A DNA stretch of 64,000 nucleotides, taken from positions 32,416,773 through 32,480,772 of the forward strand of contig OZ037766.1 in NCBI GenBank assembly GCA_964035545.1, in the 5' to 3' direction. The notes under the pieces were generated by a model. The model saw only the letters and a program-made list of their open reading frames with translations. It was not told the origin of the DNA and did no database searches. This document shows, piece by piece, positions 51,773-64,000 of this stretch. Source of the DNA: Bugula neritina (taxonomy: Eukaryota; Animalia; Bryozoa). The translations under genes and the position numbers were made by a program. How positions within the stretch are numbered: position 1 is the stretch's first letter; each line of letters begins with the position of its first letter.

Positions 51773-54092
51773 CTACACCCCATGCACTTCGATTTCATAC
51801 AGGTTTAAAATAGTTGTAGCGTTCAGTAGAACCTGAACAAATCTTCCCTTGATGGCCGTGATACAGGTGATGGTGGTATTGTATCTGCTCAGCTGTCCTT
51901 CGTGATACCCGCAAAAGTTTCCAGTTTTATCTGACTCGTAGAATATTTCCTGTTCACTGAGGGCTACCGTAATCAAAGCATTTACTGTGCGTTCCCAACA
52001 GCAATCTAGATAAAGTAGCATAGACTTTGTTATATTGAAACTTTTATGTTAAAGCATACTTCGCTATAGCAGTAATGATAAATGCAATACTATAAAATTA
52101 TAGGGCAAAAAAGATTACAATATTATTAAATATAAATGACAACCTATGTATGAGAGAGGTTATTGAGTTTTTGATGGTTTGATACACCAGATTGAAAGAA
52201 AGCGTGAGGGTTTTAATAAGACCTGATTCAATCATGTTTGATAACTAAAACATATGGGATAATAATAGGTGCATTGTATTGCATTATGTTGTGTTTTATA
52301 TTATTTTTGTGTTTGCTTTTGCTGGTTTTCTATGCACTTATTGATATTGTGATTTGTCATGCCATGCATATAAATGGTTGACCAATATCCATGAGTTAGA
52401 CGCTGTAGCTTTTATTACAATCTAATCAAGAAATTAAAAATTTTGGATATATAGTGTTATTGTTATATGACGGCATAAAAGAACATAAAACATGCATACA
52501 CAACATATATACTATAATAAAAGAATGCCAGAGTAACAGCAAAATACTATATTAATACATATAATACATATAATTACACCAGAGAGAATAATTTATACAA
52601 GATGTATGATGGTATTTGAAATACAAATGGTTACTAGAATTATTCAAGTAATCCTAACTTTGTATTGTGTTATCAAATATAAGTAGTTGACCTAATTCTA
52701 TTTTAACCCATCAAATTCAAGCAAATTTGTTGAGCAACTACAAATACAATTATATATATATATAGCGTTTTCTGAGCTCTATACTACCGTGTCTGTGGTA
52801 GAGTTCTTTCTAATGACTAAGATTGCTGAATAGTTAATGATTTGCTAGTTACTATATTTACTGAATATTCTATCAACATCAACAGTTGCATTGCTGTTAT
52901 ATTTTAATCAGTTGTCAAGGTATTATATTTTGATTTGAACATTTAGATCCACCGCTAACCTGCATCCCGATTCACCACCTTGACAGCCCATATGCACCTG
53001 AGACTTTCCAGGTCAACTCTCCACCATGGTTGGTGCTCGCCAGCATCCTTAGAATGAGCCATGGAGCTATATGATAGTATGCCATCAACAGCAAAACCAG
53101 CTTGACTAATAGGGTATGTACTAGACATAGAGGCTGGCTTACCTGTGAAATATGGGCAGGTTATAAGACAACTTAGTTATTTATTCAAATTTTAATTTTA
53201 CAAAAAAATTAAAAGCTTTGCTTATACTATAAATTATCGAAAAACTCCTCCCATATTTGGACATACGCAAACTAATTTCCACTTTTCCTATCAAAATAGT
53301 TGCAGTTCTGTGTGCTTAGCTGTAATGATCCAAGTATACACAGCTCAGCAAAATTTGCATAAAGGCTTATTTTATTACAACAACCTAACATAACAATATG
53401 ACTGTCTCTATTATTGAGCTAGAAGTATAAATAGGAAAACAGCTTTCTGTTGGTAAAATTAGAAATACTCTAAAGTGTTGTCTATTGATAAAATATCATA
53501 TCATTGTGCAAGCACGAAGCAGTCATGGTCCAGGAGTTAAAGAGCACTGGGTTAGTAAACACAAGGTCGGCACCTCTCTGATAAAGGTCTTTGGTGATGC
53601 TATATAGGGCATCCAGTCATAATTGCTCTTTGTGCCACAATATTAGTAAACAATTTCTTAGGTTTTTCACTAAGCATTCTCACAGGGACAGTGACTATAA
53701 ACTCAAGTGAGGTTTTAATGCTGGTTTATATTGACCACATGTCTCATTTGTTTTGTCAAACATAAATTTTGAATAATACCTCTAGCTAAAGATAGATTTG
53801 CTGTCAGCCTCTCTTCTACATACAGTCTCTCTGATGAACTTCCGTTATTCAATATATTTGGGTTTAGACATTCTGATATCTTGCACTTTCCTCCAGCTGT
53901 CCACGAAAAGCTCTGACAATAGCCATGTTCAAGACATGCTATTGCACAATGAACTGGAGTAGCGGCTGTTGAAGCTGACACCATATTCTGTTCTTTCACA
54001 TCCAAAACTCGGAATTGTCTTAGCTGATATCCAAGAATTGAAGGCAGGAGAATAAGCACTAGACAAAACAAATCGTACACATAAAATTGAGT
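51773..54092 (-). CDS. Secreted PAN/apple domain + F-type lectin (fucolectin/FTP) domain protein; start unresolved
   Basis: Exon 53780-54092 has hydrophobic LFCLVLILLPSILG and PAN-like HCAIAC..C.SFSW..GKC. Exon 52960-53142 has GKPASMSST..AGFAVDG..AHS..QPWWRVDL..I.AV.VVNR. Exon 51773-52005 has DCCWER..FCG..C...KGRFVQV....LNLYEIEV*. Phases are compatible (phase 1, phase 1). Confidence 0.85.
53516..53716 (+). mobile_element. Degenerate copy of the same tRNA-derived SINE, inside a lectin intron
   Basis: AGCAGTCATGGTCCAGGAGTTA... GGTGATGCTATATAGGGCATCCAGTCATAATTGCTCTTTGTGCC... TTCTCACAGGGACAGTGACTATAAACTCAAGTGAGGTTTT aligns colinearly with the reverse complement of 8511-8725. The B box has decayed and no clear TSD remains. 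Confidence 0.82.
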
Positions 54093-56268
54093 CTGCGAGA
54101 ATTGATTTTGTCAACTGAGATATTCAAGTTTATATATTTCTTGTATACGATAGTGTATAGCAAATTTTTATACGGAATAACTAATTGTGAATTTAAATAT
54201 ATTCAGTGAGTAAATTGATGCTGCATATTGTCTGAGACTATATGGATATACAGAGAGAACTATCAGTCTGATAATATGTTTTTATTTTATTGAAATACGG
54301 TATTGAATGTGGAAATGATGGGAAATGTAGACAAGCTGGTAACCTAAAAGATATACAAAAAAAACTCAAAATAATTAATTTATCATCAAACTAAAAGGAC
54401 GATTGGGTGCAAACAACAACTTTTTAGACTGGAGCAAGAAAACAAGACTTTTGTTGAAAGTACATTTACCAAATTTGATAATATAGACTTTAGGAAAAAT
54501 CTTTAGCTCTTTTCTATGTGCAGTATATTCCAAAAAGTCCCAAATATAATAAATGTTCTGTAAAATTCACTGCAATATTTGTTACAAATTTATGGTTGGT
54601 ACGTTAGTTGACTAATTTGAATTGCTTCTGGCTATATTGTGTGTAATTGATAAAGTTTAATAATTTATATATGAAATACTTACTAAACGCTGCAACTGTC
54701 GCTGCTACTTCCATTTTGAAGTTGATCAACCATTGCATGATGTCTATAAACCTTCTCAAATCACTGCTGTTTACACAAATGTTGCTTATTGATTGGCAAT
54801 TGCTAGCTCGTAACATCTGCTAAATAATTTATGGGTTGAACAAGAGTTTTCAGAGTTCAGCAATCTGTATAATCATAACATGTTGATGAAAAGTTGTAGA
54901 TTAATTTTTTAATTTTTTATAGCAATTTAATGTCGGATACAATTAATTTGTTAACGTTACTTCACTACAGTAAATGGTTGAATTATATCTGTGCCATTAT
55001 TATATTTTCATTTCGTGACTGATTTCAAATGTTAACCAAATAAACGTGACTTAATTGGGTAGTTGTGGTACAAAATTTGCTGTTTTGAGATTATTTTCTT
55101 TATCATCCACTTTTCATTCAAAAATACAAAATAAATTCCAAAAAACTATAAACTGAGGCCCGAGGACCCCCTAATTAGAAGGAAAAAGAAAGTAAGCTAC
55201 TTGTTGATCAATGCCAACTGTTTTTGTAATTAAAAAAGAAAGCTCTAAAGTTGTTTGCAAAACTTGCTACTTATAAACCAACAGAAGACAAAGGAGAACA
55301 CTATGAGAGGGAAATACCTTGGGGATAGAAGGTTACTATACCATAGATGTGTATAAGTATGCTAATGCTAACAATGACTGAGTAAAGGAGCTATGATGTA
55401 GCTCTACAGGCATTCAGATTATAAAGCACAATAGCCTTACGATCATAACCAACTCTGCATAATCAATATTTTAGCTATATTTATCATGTATCCCTTTTAG
55501 AACCCTTCCGTCATGCTGCATTAGACTGTGTACTTAGCGGCTCAAATCCAGGAATAAATCCGGGGAACATTGCTTCTAGCATTTAAGCCTATGTGACAGC
55601 TTGTTTTGTAAATTTAATAACTGTAAGTGCAGGAGCTAGAGTGGCTTGTGTAGTAAAAGCTGAAATCAAAAACCCGTATGTTTTTCTATCTGAATTAAAT
55701 ATAGTAGCTTATAGACAATAGTATTACATATTCCAAGAAATCAATACAAATTAATTGCTATACATTCAAAGGACTGTAGTGTGTGTTTGTTCCTTCACTT
55801 TCACAACTACAATATGGAACTGCTCGCAGCTTTTTATTCTTGGAAGTCACGAATAGCTTTTACCAAACTTCAATGCATAGCAGACGATTCAAGTTTCAAC
55901 TTTTCAATTTTTACCTTTCAGTCAAGTAGATTATACAACTGAACAAATAACTAAAATATTTTTTAAAAAGCTCTTGGTACACCCTTGGTACATCCCTGTA
56001 TAATACACCCCTAGTGCAGCTGCTGTGGAAATTCAAGAATGAGCACATAAGACTAACATTGTTGCCAAAAAATATTAATTTTTTTTAAACATAATAATGT
56101 ATTAGGATACACTTTTATATATGTCTTATTTATTACAGTAAGAATATTGCTTAATAAACATAATAGACACAAAATATGAAAATGTGCAGTTGATAACTTA
56201 AATAATTGTGTTATTTTATAATAATACAATATAATATAATAATACAATATAATAATACAATATATACA

Positions 56269-56270
<2 letters not shown>

Positions 56271-56341
<71 letters not shown>
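56271..56341. repeat. (TA)n microsatellite
   Basis: Perfect AT dinucleotide run about 150 bp downstream of the NTase-TPR stop codon. Confidence 0.95.
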
Positions 56342-56345
<4 letters not shown>

Positions 56346-56494
56346 ATTTGGGCATATTAAAATAAAAGAATATTAGATTGTGATCTTGTCATTGTCCTCA
56401 GAAAATATTCAGTTTAAAAAGCTTATAGGTAACAGTTTGATTGTTTGCATTTCAGCTGATTGTTCAGTAAATTACATTTAAATAAAACTCTGAA

Positions 56495-59400
56495 CTAACT
56501 GCAATTATTATTAGCTTGTGACTCAATTTTTTCAGAAATAGATTGAATATGTCTTATCACTTCACAAATCTTTGGATGATTGTCATCATCACACGCAGCG
56601 AGAAACTTTCTTTCACTCTCTTGGAAACATTCGAGTGCTTTATCATAATGATGGAGTGATTCAAACATGCAGCCCATCATTTGAAGAATTTCGCCTCGCT
56701 CTAAATCAGCAGATTTAGGAGTTGCCCTATCAACATGAACGAGAAGCTCTAGTGATTCACGATAGTATGCTTTAGCTTGCTCAATGTTGCCAGATTTCCA
56801 GTAATTTAGAGCAAGATGTGACAGCGTGTTTGACACGTAGCCGTAAGGAAAATGGCAATTTCCTTCATCAGCACTCTTTCGGTATGTTTCTAGGGATAAT
56901 TTTAGTGTTTTTTCTGCAAGGCAATGTTCCCCGATATGAAGGAGATGCAAACCGTAGCGACTCGCAACTGTGGCAGACTGAGAATGAGCCACTTTGAAAC
57001 GAGGCAGCTCAAAGAAAATCTTTACCACTAGTTTGTGATATTTCTTCAAGTCTATCTTTGCTAAGCAGTGCAACGCAGCTGATGGAAGTCCTTTATTTTT
57101 GCCAAATGCTTGAATTGCCATGCTAAGACCACCGTGGAAGTACTCTTCTGTCTGTGCATGGTGACCAAGCAAAGTGCTAATGCTGCCCAAGGCGTACAGT
57201 AACTGTGAGATATCTTTATGACACGCTTCACTTCCGTATCTTTCATAAAACATCTCTCTACTTTTGTCAAAGTAAAGAAACGCGAGGTTGTAGTACTTAG
57301 TGAACATGTAGTTTAGTCCAAGAGCCCATAGGATGTGCGCAAGAATGATAGAAGAGTTGTTGAGATATTTTAGCCTCTCTTCGGGAGATTTCTCACGCAG
57401 ATTCACCAGGGAGTGGTCAGTTTCCTTTGTATAAATAACTTCACCATAGTAGTTGAATTCAACTTCTTTAGAGGTTTCATTAAAACAGATTTGTAGAGCT
57501 TCAAATAAATGATCCCGGGCTTTTTGGTATTCAAACATCATGTTGTAAGACTTTCCAATGCGGTGGTGTGTTTTAGCCAAATGTTCATAGTTGTTTGACA
57601 GCAGTGTGTTTTGAATTCGAAGAGAGAGTTTGAACTCCTTCAGGGCTGAGGTGTAGTCGGTGAGGCCATAATAGCAGGAGCCTGACTCTGTTTTTGACTC
57701 AGCAAGAACTAAGTTTCTTTCTTGATAGTCTTCCAACTCTGCACCAGATTCAGCCATGTGTTGGATATGCAAATGATAGGCTAGGGCTTCCTTGTACTTC
57801 CTTTCTTGACACAACGAGTACGTCAAAGCCTTGACACAATTCCAAAGCTCATCAAAACTATGATTCACCATGCTGTGAATCGTGCTAATGGTTTGCTCTG
57901 GTTGCTCAAGCAGATTCTTTGTATTGATGTGTTTTTGAAGCAGACCCTGGCTCTTAGACCATCGGTTGCAAGAGTGAAATATTTGAAACTTTACTAGCCA
58001 GTTAACCTGTTGAACTTGCTCCTTCAAAAGAAACTCAATACTTTCAACTTGGCATGCACTAATGTGCTTCTTTAGTGGAACCAAGTATTCACAATGTAGG
58101 TTAAAGAGTTTTTGTGAAAGAAACCATCGTTTACCAGAGTCGCACTCTGGTTGAAAAAATGGCCGGTTCTTAGAATGGCTGAAAAGATTTATAGGCAGTA
58201 CAGAAAGTCTGTTTTCAGCTGAATCATAAAACGTGTAAGTTGAAAGCCGAAGGTAGCAAGCACAAGACAATAAAAACAAAATACTTTTGTGCACTGAGCT
58301 AGATATATAATTCTGTTGTCTCAAACAGTCTAAACTCTGCCAGGAATTTGTTTCTGACAAGTTGAATATGATCAGAATGTTGTAAAGCAATATTGAAGGG
58401 TATCGGTATAAATCCTTTTTGGTATTTATCGAAAAGCCATTGCTTATAGTGTGTTCTGTGGGTCTGAAGCCGTACTTCTTTGAGTCGGCAAAAAACATGT
58501 TTCTGTTTGCTTTTTGTCGCTCTTCATTAAGTGGTAGGCGGTTCTTCTCCTCTACAAACTGATCCAAGAAGTGCTCAGCGCCTTCTCCATTGGAATACAG
58601 AAGCTTAGTGAACTGCAACTTAGCGGTGAAGTCTCCTCTGACAGCATCTTCATTAGGGTTATCCAAAACGTCTCTGTACTTTTGAATAAGTTCTGCTGGG
58701 GTAAGAATAAGGTGGTTGAGCTGTGAAGGGGATCCATTGCCAGTTGGAATATTTCCTGCTCCCTCTTTCAGCCCATCTATTTTGAAGCCACTCTTCTGCT
58801 TATCTTCAAACCAGCCTTTCAGTTCTGCAATTGACATGTAACCTAGTTCAGTTTCCTTCAGGTTCCCAATGATGAAATAACCTAAAACGGCAAGCTTTTC
58901 AAAATATGCAACGGTTTCTGGAGATTTGTGCTGAATTAGAAAGAGATACTCTAAATCGGAGTATGGAGTTGTCTCTCCTTTTGCTAAAGAGCCAAACGCC
59001 ACCGTGCAGAACGCACAAGGAGGGTTAGTAGTTAAACTAGCGACGCTCAACATAAATACTTTTTTTGCAAATGACACAACTTTATCTGAGCAACTTATTG
59101 AAACTTCCTTGATGCTTGTCACAAACTTTTCAACAAATGCATCATCTGTGATCTCGTTTGCATCAAACCGCTTGACAATCTTGTGGGTTTTTTTAATTTG
59201 TGCTTTTGTGTCTTGTCTGACTTTTTCCAAGTCATCTACCAACTGCCGTGTGATAGAGTGTTGAGTCTCGAAGTCCCATGCCCCAATATCTTGCAAGTAA
59301 AGAGCTTGTCTCTCAAACGCTTTTCGCTCCCAAACCTCCGCCATCTCAGGATTGCGTTTTGACACAGCAGTGCACAAAGCGTGGCTCTACAAACATCAAA

Positions 59401-60484
59401 AGTTAATTTTAGGCTTCTTGCATATACAATATTAACTCTGAGTGTAATATATATAACACATAAGTATGCATTTACCCGTATTGCTAAAACCACCCAGTTT
59501 TAACTTTATATAGAAATGTGTTTTCACGAATTTAATAAAAATGTCTTCGTAAGATTTAGCAACTTATTATTTGCAGTTTAGTAATTTCAAAGTAGACCAA
59601 ATAAGTCTTTAAATTGCGTAGGTGCAAATTAACCTGGACCTAGCCAACTCTGAATAACTAACACGCAATAGTTTTCTAATGTAGTGATAAGCTATTGTGG
59701 TGAATAACACTTCTTCATACCCTCAGAATATCTGCCCAGTTGCCGGTTTCCTCATACTTGGCTAAGTATTCTTCAGCCAGCTCCCCTAGGTATGGAACTG
59801 GAACTGATAAGTTGTACTTTCCACCTGGGGCTAGGGAATAGGATACCTTAAAATCCTTCAATCTTTCAGGAGTTATCTGTTCAAAAATTATATGTTATGT
59901 AGTATACTATATATTACGCAGTATATAATATCATATGTTATGTAGTATATTATGTATTATGTAGTATCTATAATATTATATGTTATGTAGGTATATTATA
60001 TATTATGTAGTATAATATCATATGTTATATAGTATGTTATATATTATGTTATATATCATTTATTATGGTTATTATAATAATATATAGTTTAAGCTTTTCA
60101 AGCTCACATCTCTTATGAGTGTGAGGTGCTTTTTTGAGTTTTACAATAATATAGGAGCAGTATTAGAATGAATGCCCCAATTTACGTGCTTAGATGCATA
60201 TATTTACTAACCCTAGCATAAACTACTATAGCCTAGCTGTGAGCCATATTATATTTAATGTAATTGTCCTTCACCCACTTTACCACCAAGTTATAAATAT
60301 ATAATTTAAACTTCTCAATGAATAACTCAAAAAAATTTTGATACAAAGAAACAATGCAGCAAAGCCTTATCTATTAATAATAATAAACTATGCTTGTATT
60401 CAAGTAAAAATCTCTCTGTCAGCTATCTAAAGCTATTTAAGCTGCCTTAATATTCCCACTCACCACGTAATCTTCCATGATCAT
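56495..60484 (-). CDS. ~1022-aa Pol-beta-superfamily (GlnD/GlnE/DUF294-like) nucleotidyltransferase fused to a C-terminal TPR solenoid
   Basis: Exons 60464-60484 (MIMEDYV, with an in-frame stop upstream), 59721-59876 (ITPERL...YLGELAEEYLAKYEETGNWADILR) and 56495-59386 (2892 nt) are all phase 0 with GT-AG boundaries. The NTase signature FCTVAFGSLAKGETTPYSDLEYLFLI (hG[GS]x10DhE) lies at 58949-58993. Kinesin-light-chain-like TPRs include LAKTHHRIGKSYNMMFEYQKARDHLFEALQI and VSNTLSHLALNYWKSGNIEQAKAYYRESLEL. Confidence 0.85.
59888..60050. repeat. Degenerate AT-rich minisatellite (TATATTATGTAG)
   Basis: Imperfect tandem units in intron 1 of the NTase-TPR gene. Confidence 0.7.
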
Positions 60485-63400
60485 TACGAGATGTCATGAA
60501 TTGTAGACTCTATATTCAAACTGTAAACCTATAAAACATAATGCATAAGTTTTACTTTCGGGTAGAGTTTTTCTACGGATAAGAATATAGACGAAAGTAT
60601 AGGGTACAAGTACAATACAAATAGGTTACAAGTGTAAAAGTAGTAAATTATGATGTAAATAATATAGCAATAAATTATCAAAATGATTATGTAGAAAAGA
60701 ACAGACTTTTGCACCAAATGACACATCAAAGTTAAAGCAACTTTGCAAACTTGAGTTGTTTAAACAAATTCTAACATGGCTAAAGAGCTTCCAAATTATT
60801 CTAGAATATATTTATAGCATGAATAATCGTCTGGTATGAAAATGAAGAAATCAAGCTCGATCGCATGAGGGACAAACCAAAAATTCTGAATTCTCAAGCT
60901 AAGCAAATCTTTACTTATGCATTGCACTCAATTACCCATGCCACTGAAATCATGCTGATAATATTGGTTATGAGTGTGTTGCACTGCTTTTACATTTAGC
61001 CTCTTGAGCAAATGCAGGGACAGATAACTTCTTCAAGTGTTGTTGAAAGCTTACAGTAATCTGATTGGTCAACTCTAAATTGTTATTAGCTATTGTAAAA
61101 GGAGTAGCCCCTTACTTCAAACAACTACCTTGATATTGTGGTAAATATCAGAGTTATCCCCCTTAACACATTACTTATGGCTATTTTTCTGAATGCTTTA
61201 ATTATAGCTAAGTTCCTGGCGTAACTTTTTAATACCTTGCTTAAATAGCTAATCCCTTTCCCACATTTACAACTTACAATCTTTACGCACTTGCATGGTT
61301 GGGTTCAATTTTGCCGATACATAAGGAGACACATTTTTGAGCTCAGACTGGCAGGATCAACTACACCGATAAAAACTTACAGCAAACACTATAATATACT
61401 CTACACTCTCTTATCTCTTCTCTTACAAGGAGTTATGTTCTCTGCTTGATTGCATTCAATAACCCACAAGTTACTACAATATTTATAAACCAATATTTTT
61501 GAAGAATTTCAAAATTGCTTAAACCGGACAAGCATTATTATATAACTGAAACTGGAAACTTTTTTCAGCAGAGGTATAAACGCAACTTTTGAAATGCCAG
61601 GTGCTTTTAGATTGATGTTTAATTGCTTGAATATGTTGTTTAGAAATAGCGAGTGGTTCAAAGCAGAGATAACTTCTAAGTACGGTAGCTAAATAATCTC
61701 TTTTTAGATTGGACAGATAATGAATTAGTCTGTAAATGTTTTTCTGTAACATGTGACGGACACAGCAGTTCAAATGTCTTTAGGTGGTGTAATAAGAGCA
61801 CCCTATATCTGCTTTCATATAGTTATCTCCACTTTAACTTCACAGTTTTACTTTTGTCGACTAGACACTATAGTATATAGGTTATAAACTTCATCCATAC
61901 GCATTTAATATGATAATGTAGCTTATCTTAACCTAATTATTTATTGCACCTCAACTTCAACTGTAAGTGTATGGGATGAAATATAGCCGACATCAGAGCT
62001 AAGTTTATTTCTTTTAAGAAGCTACTTAAGTTTCGGTAATTTACTAACAGATAAAAGCTTGAAACTGCTAAAACATAACAATACGCTAAAGACAAGATGG
62101 TGTATTAATATACTATCAGTAAAATACAAAATGAGCAGAATATGCTACGCTATGCATGTGTAGTGTGGGATGTGTTGGTAGAAGTATCACAATGCAGTTA
62201 CACTGGTAGATCTCAAACAAGTTCTCATAATGATGAGGTTTTTATTTTCTCAGCATGAAAAAAGTAACTTATCTTGCATTGTTGTTTAATTAAATAACAC
62301 AACTGCTAAAAAATCAACTGCGCAAAAAGAGCATTTTGTAACATTGTGATATTTTGTGTGGTTTAGGCTCTTGTTTATAGCAGTCTATCACATATACAAT
62401 AGCGCATTAGTTGCATAAGAGTAATAAAAAATCAGAGAAAGGATATAATAGTAAGTCGAAAAATTAAATAAATCTACTAAATAGATAAATACACGTAGTC
62501 CTTTATTAGCATGAATTATAATTCTACAGTAAACTGTGATGTCTACGGCTTAATGCAATGAGCTGATCAACAGCAAAGGCGGCAGCTTACTTAGTTTAGA
62601 CACGCTATAAGACTCGTGCATACTTGAAACTCAAAGCATGCGATGCTTTTTAATGCAAACACTATACAATCCAAGGCTGAGAAACCCGTTTAGTGAATAA
62701 TTCCATGAGAACAACTTTATAAAATGTAATTTGATTCTATGCAATCAAAACTGAATGAGTAAATAATGATTTTAGTTTTAATCCCATCGAGGTATAACCT
62801 ATAATAAGTATTAACTCATTTTAGCCCTTTTAACTTAATCCCTTATTCTTGAGCTTTGTTAAATCAATAGACTATATTGTTCATAGCCAAAACCCTAATA
62901 TGTACATTGGGAAGTTCTATATGCATTGTATACGTTGTATTGTGCTACATGCGTTAGCTGTGCTATATTGTATTGTATACTACTTCTGAACCTGTACACT
63001 ACCCTGGCACCTAGCTCATTGGAGTACTATGATTAACCATATTTTAAAAATCCTATAAAGCAGTTTACTAATGTAAATCTCTTATTAATTGTAAATATGC
63101 GTATCTTATACAGAGCTATTTTTAGATACAATAATTGTTAGTAGAGATAGTATAACTTCGAAGCTATGCAACTCAAGTCATGGTTATGTTGAAGTCAGTT
63201 TTTCTGCACAGTTGCAGCATATTAAACCTACTATTACATATATAATTACTTGAATGCTACTACGAAATATATAATTATACCTACAAATACAAAATACAAA
63301 TAGTAGAAAAAATCAAATCATTACAAAATATGATAATATATTATGTGGAATAAAAACAATGCAACCAATGACACTGGAACTGCAAAGTGAAGCTTTAATT

Positions 63401-64000
63401 GCCTTAACCAGAACTGGATTGAAATTACAGCGAGTCAAATTAAGTCAATTTAATGGTTAACCAGTTTAAGTTATGTAAGTCACAATTCATGCCAAAAATG
63501 ATGCATTGAGACTAGTTGAACTGATATAAGACTCGTAAAAGTATTTAATTTGTTCATTTAAAATGTTACAATCAAGCTGGTAGTAGCAATTAGCAAGTCA
63601 GAAAGTATATTGACAGTGTTAGTTCCTGCTATTTGGAAGTCATTATTGTCTATTATTGTTAATTATACGTAATAATTTGTAGTAAATTTCGAAACCTCTG
63701 CTGTATTATAGCAGCTAAACACACCAATAGCTTACTGATTAGAGACGCTCCGAATAGTTTTCCTTAAAAATTCTATCGCACTATCACTAGCAAACTTATA
63801 TCTATAAATGCAAGCAACTCCCTATAAATGTTGAATCTAGAATTCAATTTAATTGATCTTTTGAAGGTTTCATCTCAAATTATAGACACTTTCTACTTAG
63901 ACACTTATCAGTTAGACACTTCTCAGTTAGTTATTTTTTATTTTGATACCATAATGATATATATACCTACATAACTGTTGTATTGATTGCTAAATAGCTA

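Noticed and set aside
53137-53150. CAG|GTAAG at the lectin exon acceptor resembling a recursive-splicing ratchet point
   Set aside because: It is explained by the conserved Gly-Lys codons of the F-type lectin domain, and the intron is short.
56495-59377. Bacterial contamination as the explanation for the long NTase-TPR ORF
   Set aside because: It has two phase-compatible spliceosomal 5' exons and is embedded among host microsatellites and animal genes.
60600-64000. Search for further exons or elements in the last 3.4 kb
   Set aside because: It is AT-rich sequence with no convincing ORF, splice chain or repeat structure; probably promoter or intergenic DNA.

Overview
AT-rich, intron-dense eukaryotic (invertebrate animal) genomic DNA. 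The host is possibly a marine lophotrochozoan such as a bryozoan, but that is only a guess. Most short ORFs in the track are artefacts of intronic minisatellites. Six spliced genes could be reconstructed by hand from GT-AG boundaries and reading phase. (1) A minus-strand signal-peptide protein with a divergent ANF-receptor/Venus-flytrap-like ectodomain (ATG 8091 down to at least 3673; 3' end unresolved). (2) A Na+/K+-ATPase beta subunit (minus, 14578-19432, 8 exons). (3) ATRX (plus, 20937-43003; ADD finger, SNF2 ATPase, polyQ tail), head-to-head with gene 2. (4) An arylsulfatase B-like sulfatase (plus, 45520-50823). (5) A PAN/apple + F-type (fucolectin) lectin (minus, 51773-~54092). (6) A ~1022-aa protein fusing a GlnD/GlnE/DUF294-like Pol-beta nucleotidyltransferase to a TPR solenoid, almost entirely in one 2.9-kb exon (minus, 56495-60484). 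Gene 6 is the best candidate for an undescribed system: a possible sensor-coupled NMPylase or second-messenger synthase, perhaps of bacterial origin. Other observations are two copies of a tRNA-derived SINE (one with target-site duplications), a perfect 33-bp palindrome, an intron flanked by a 10-bp direct repeat, minisatellites that amplify splice sites, and three DAXX-binding-like helices in ATRX.
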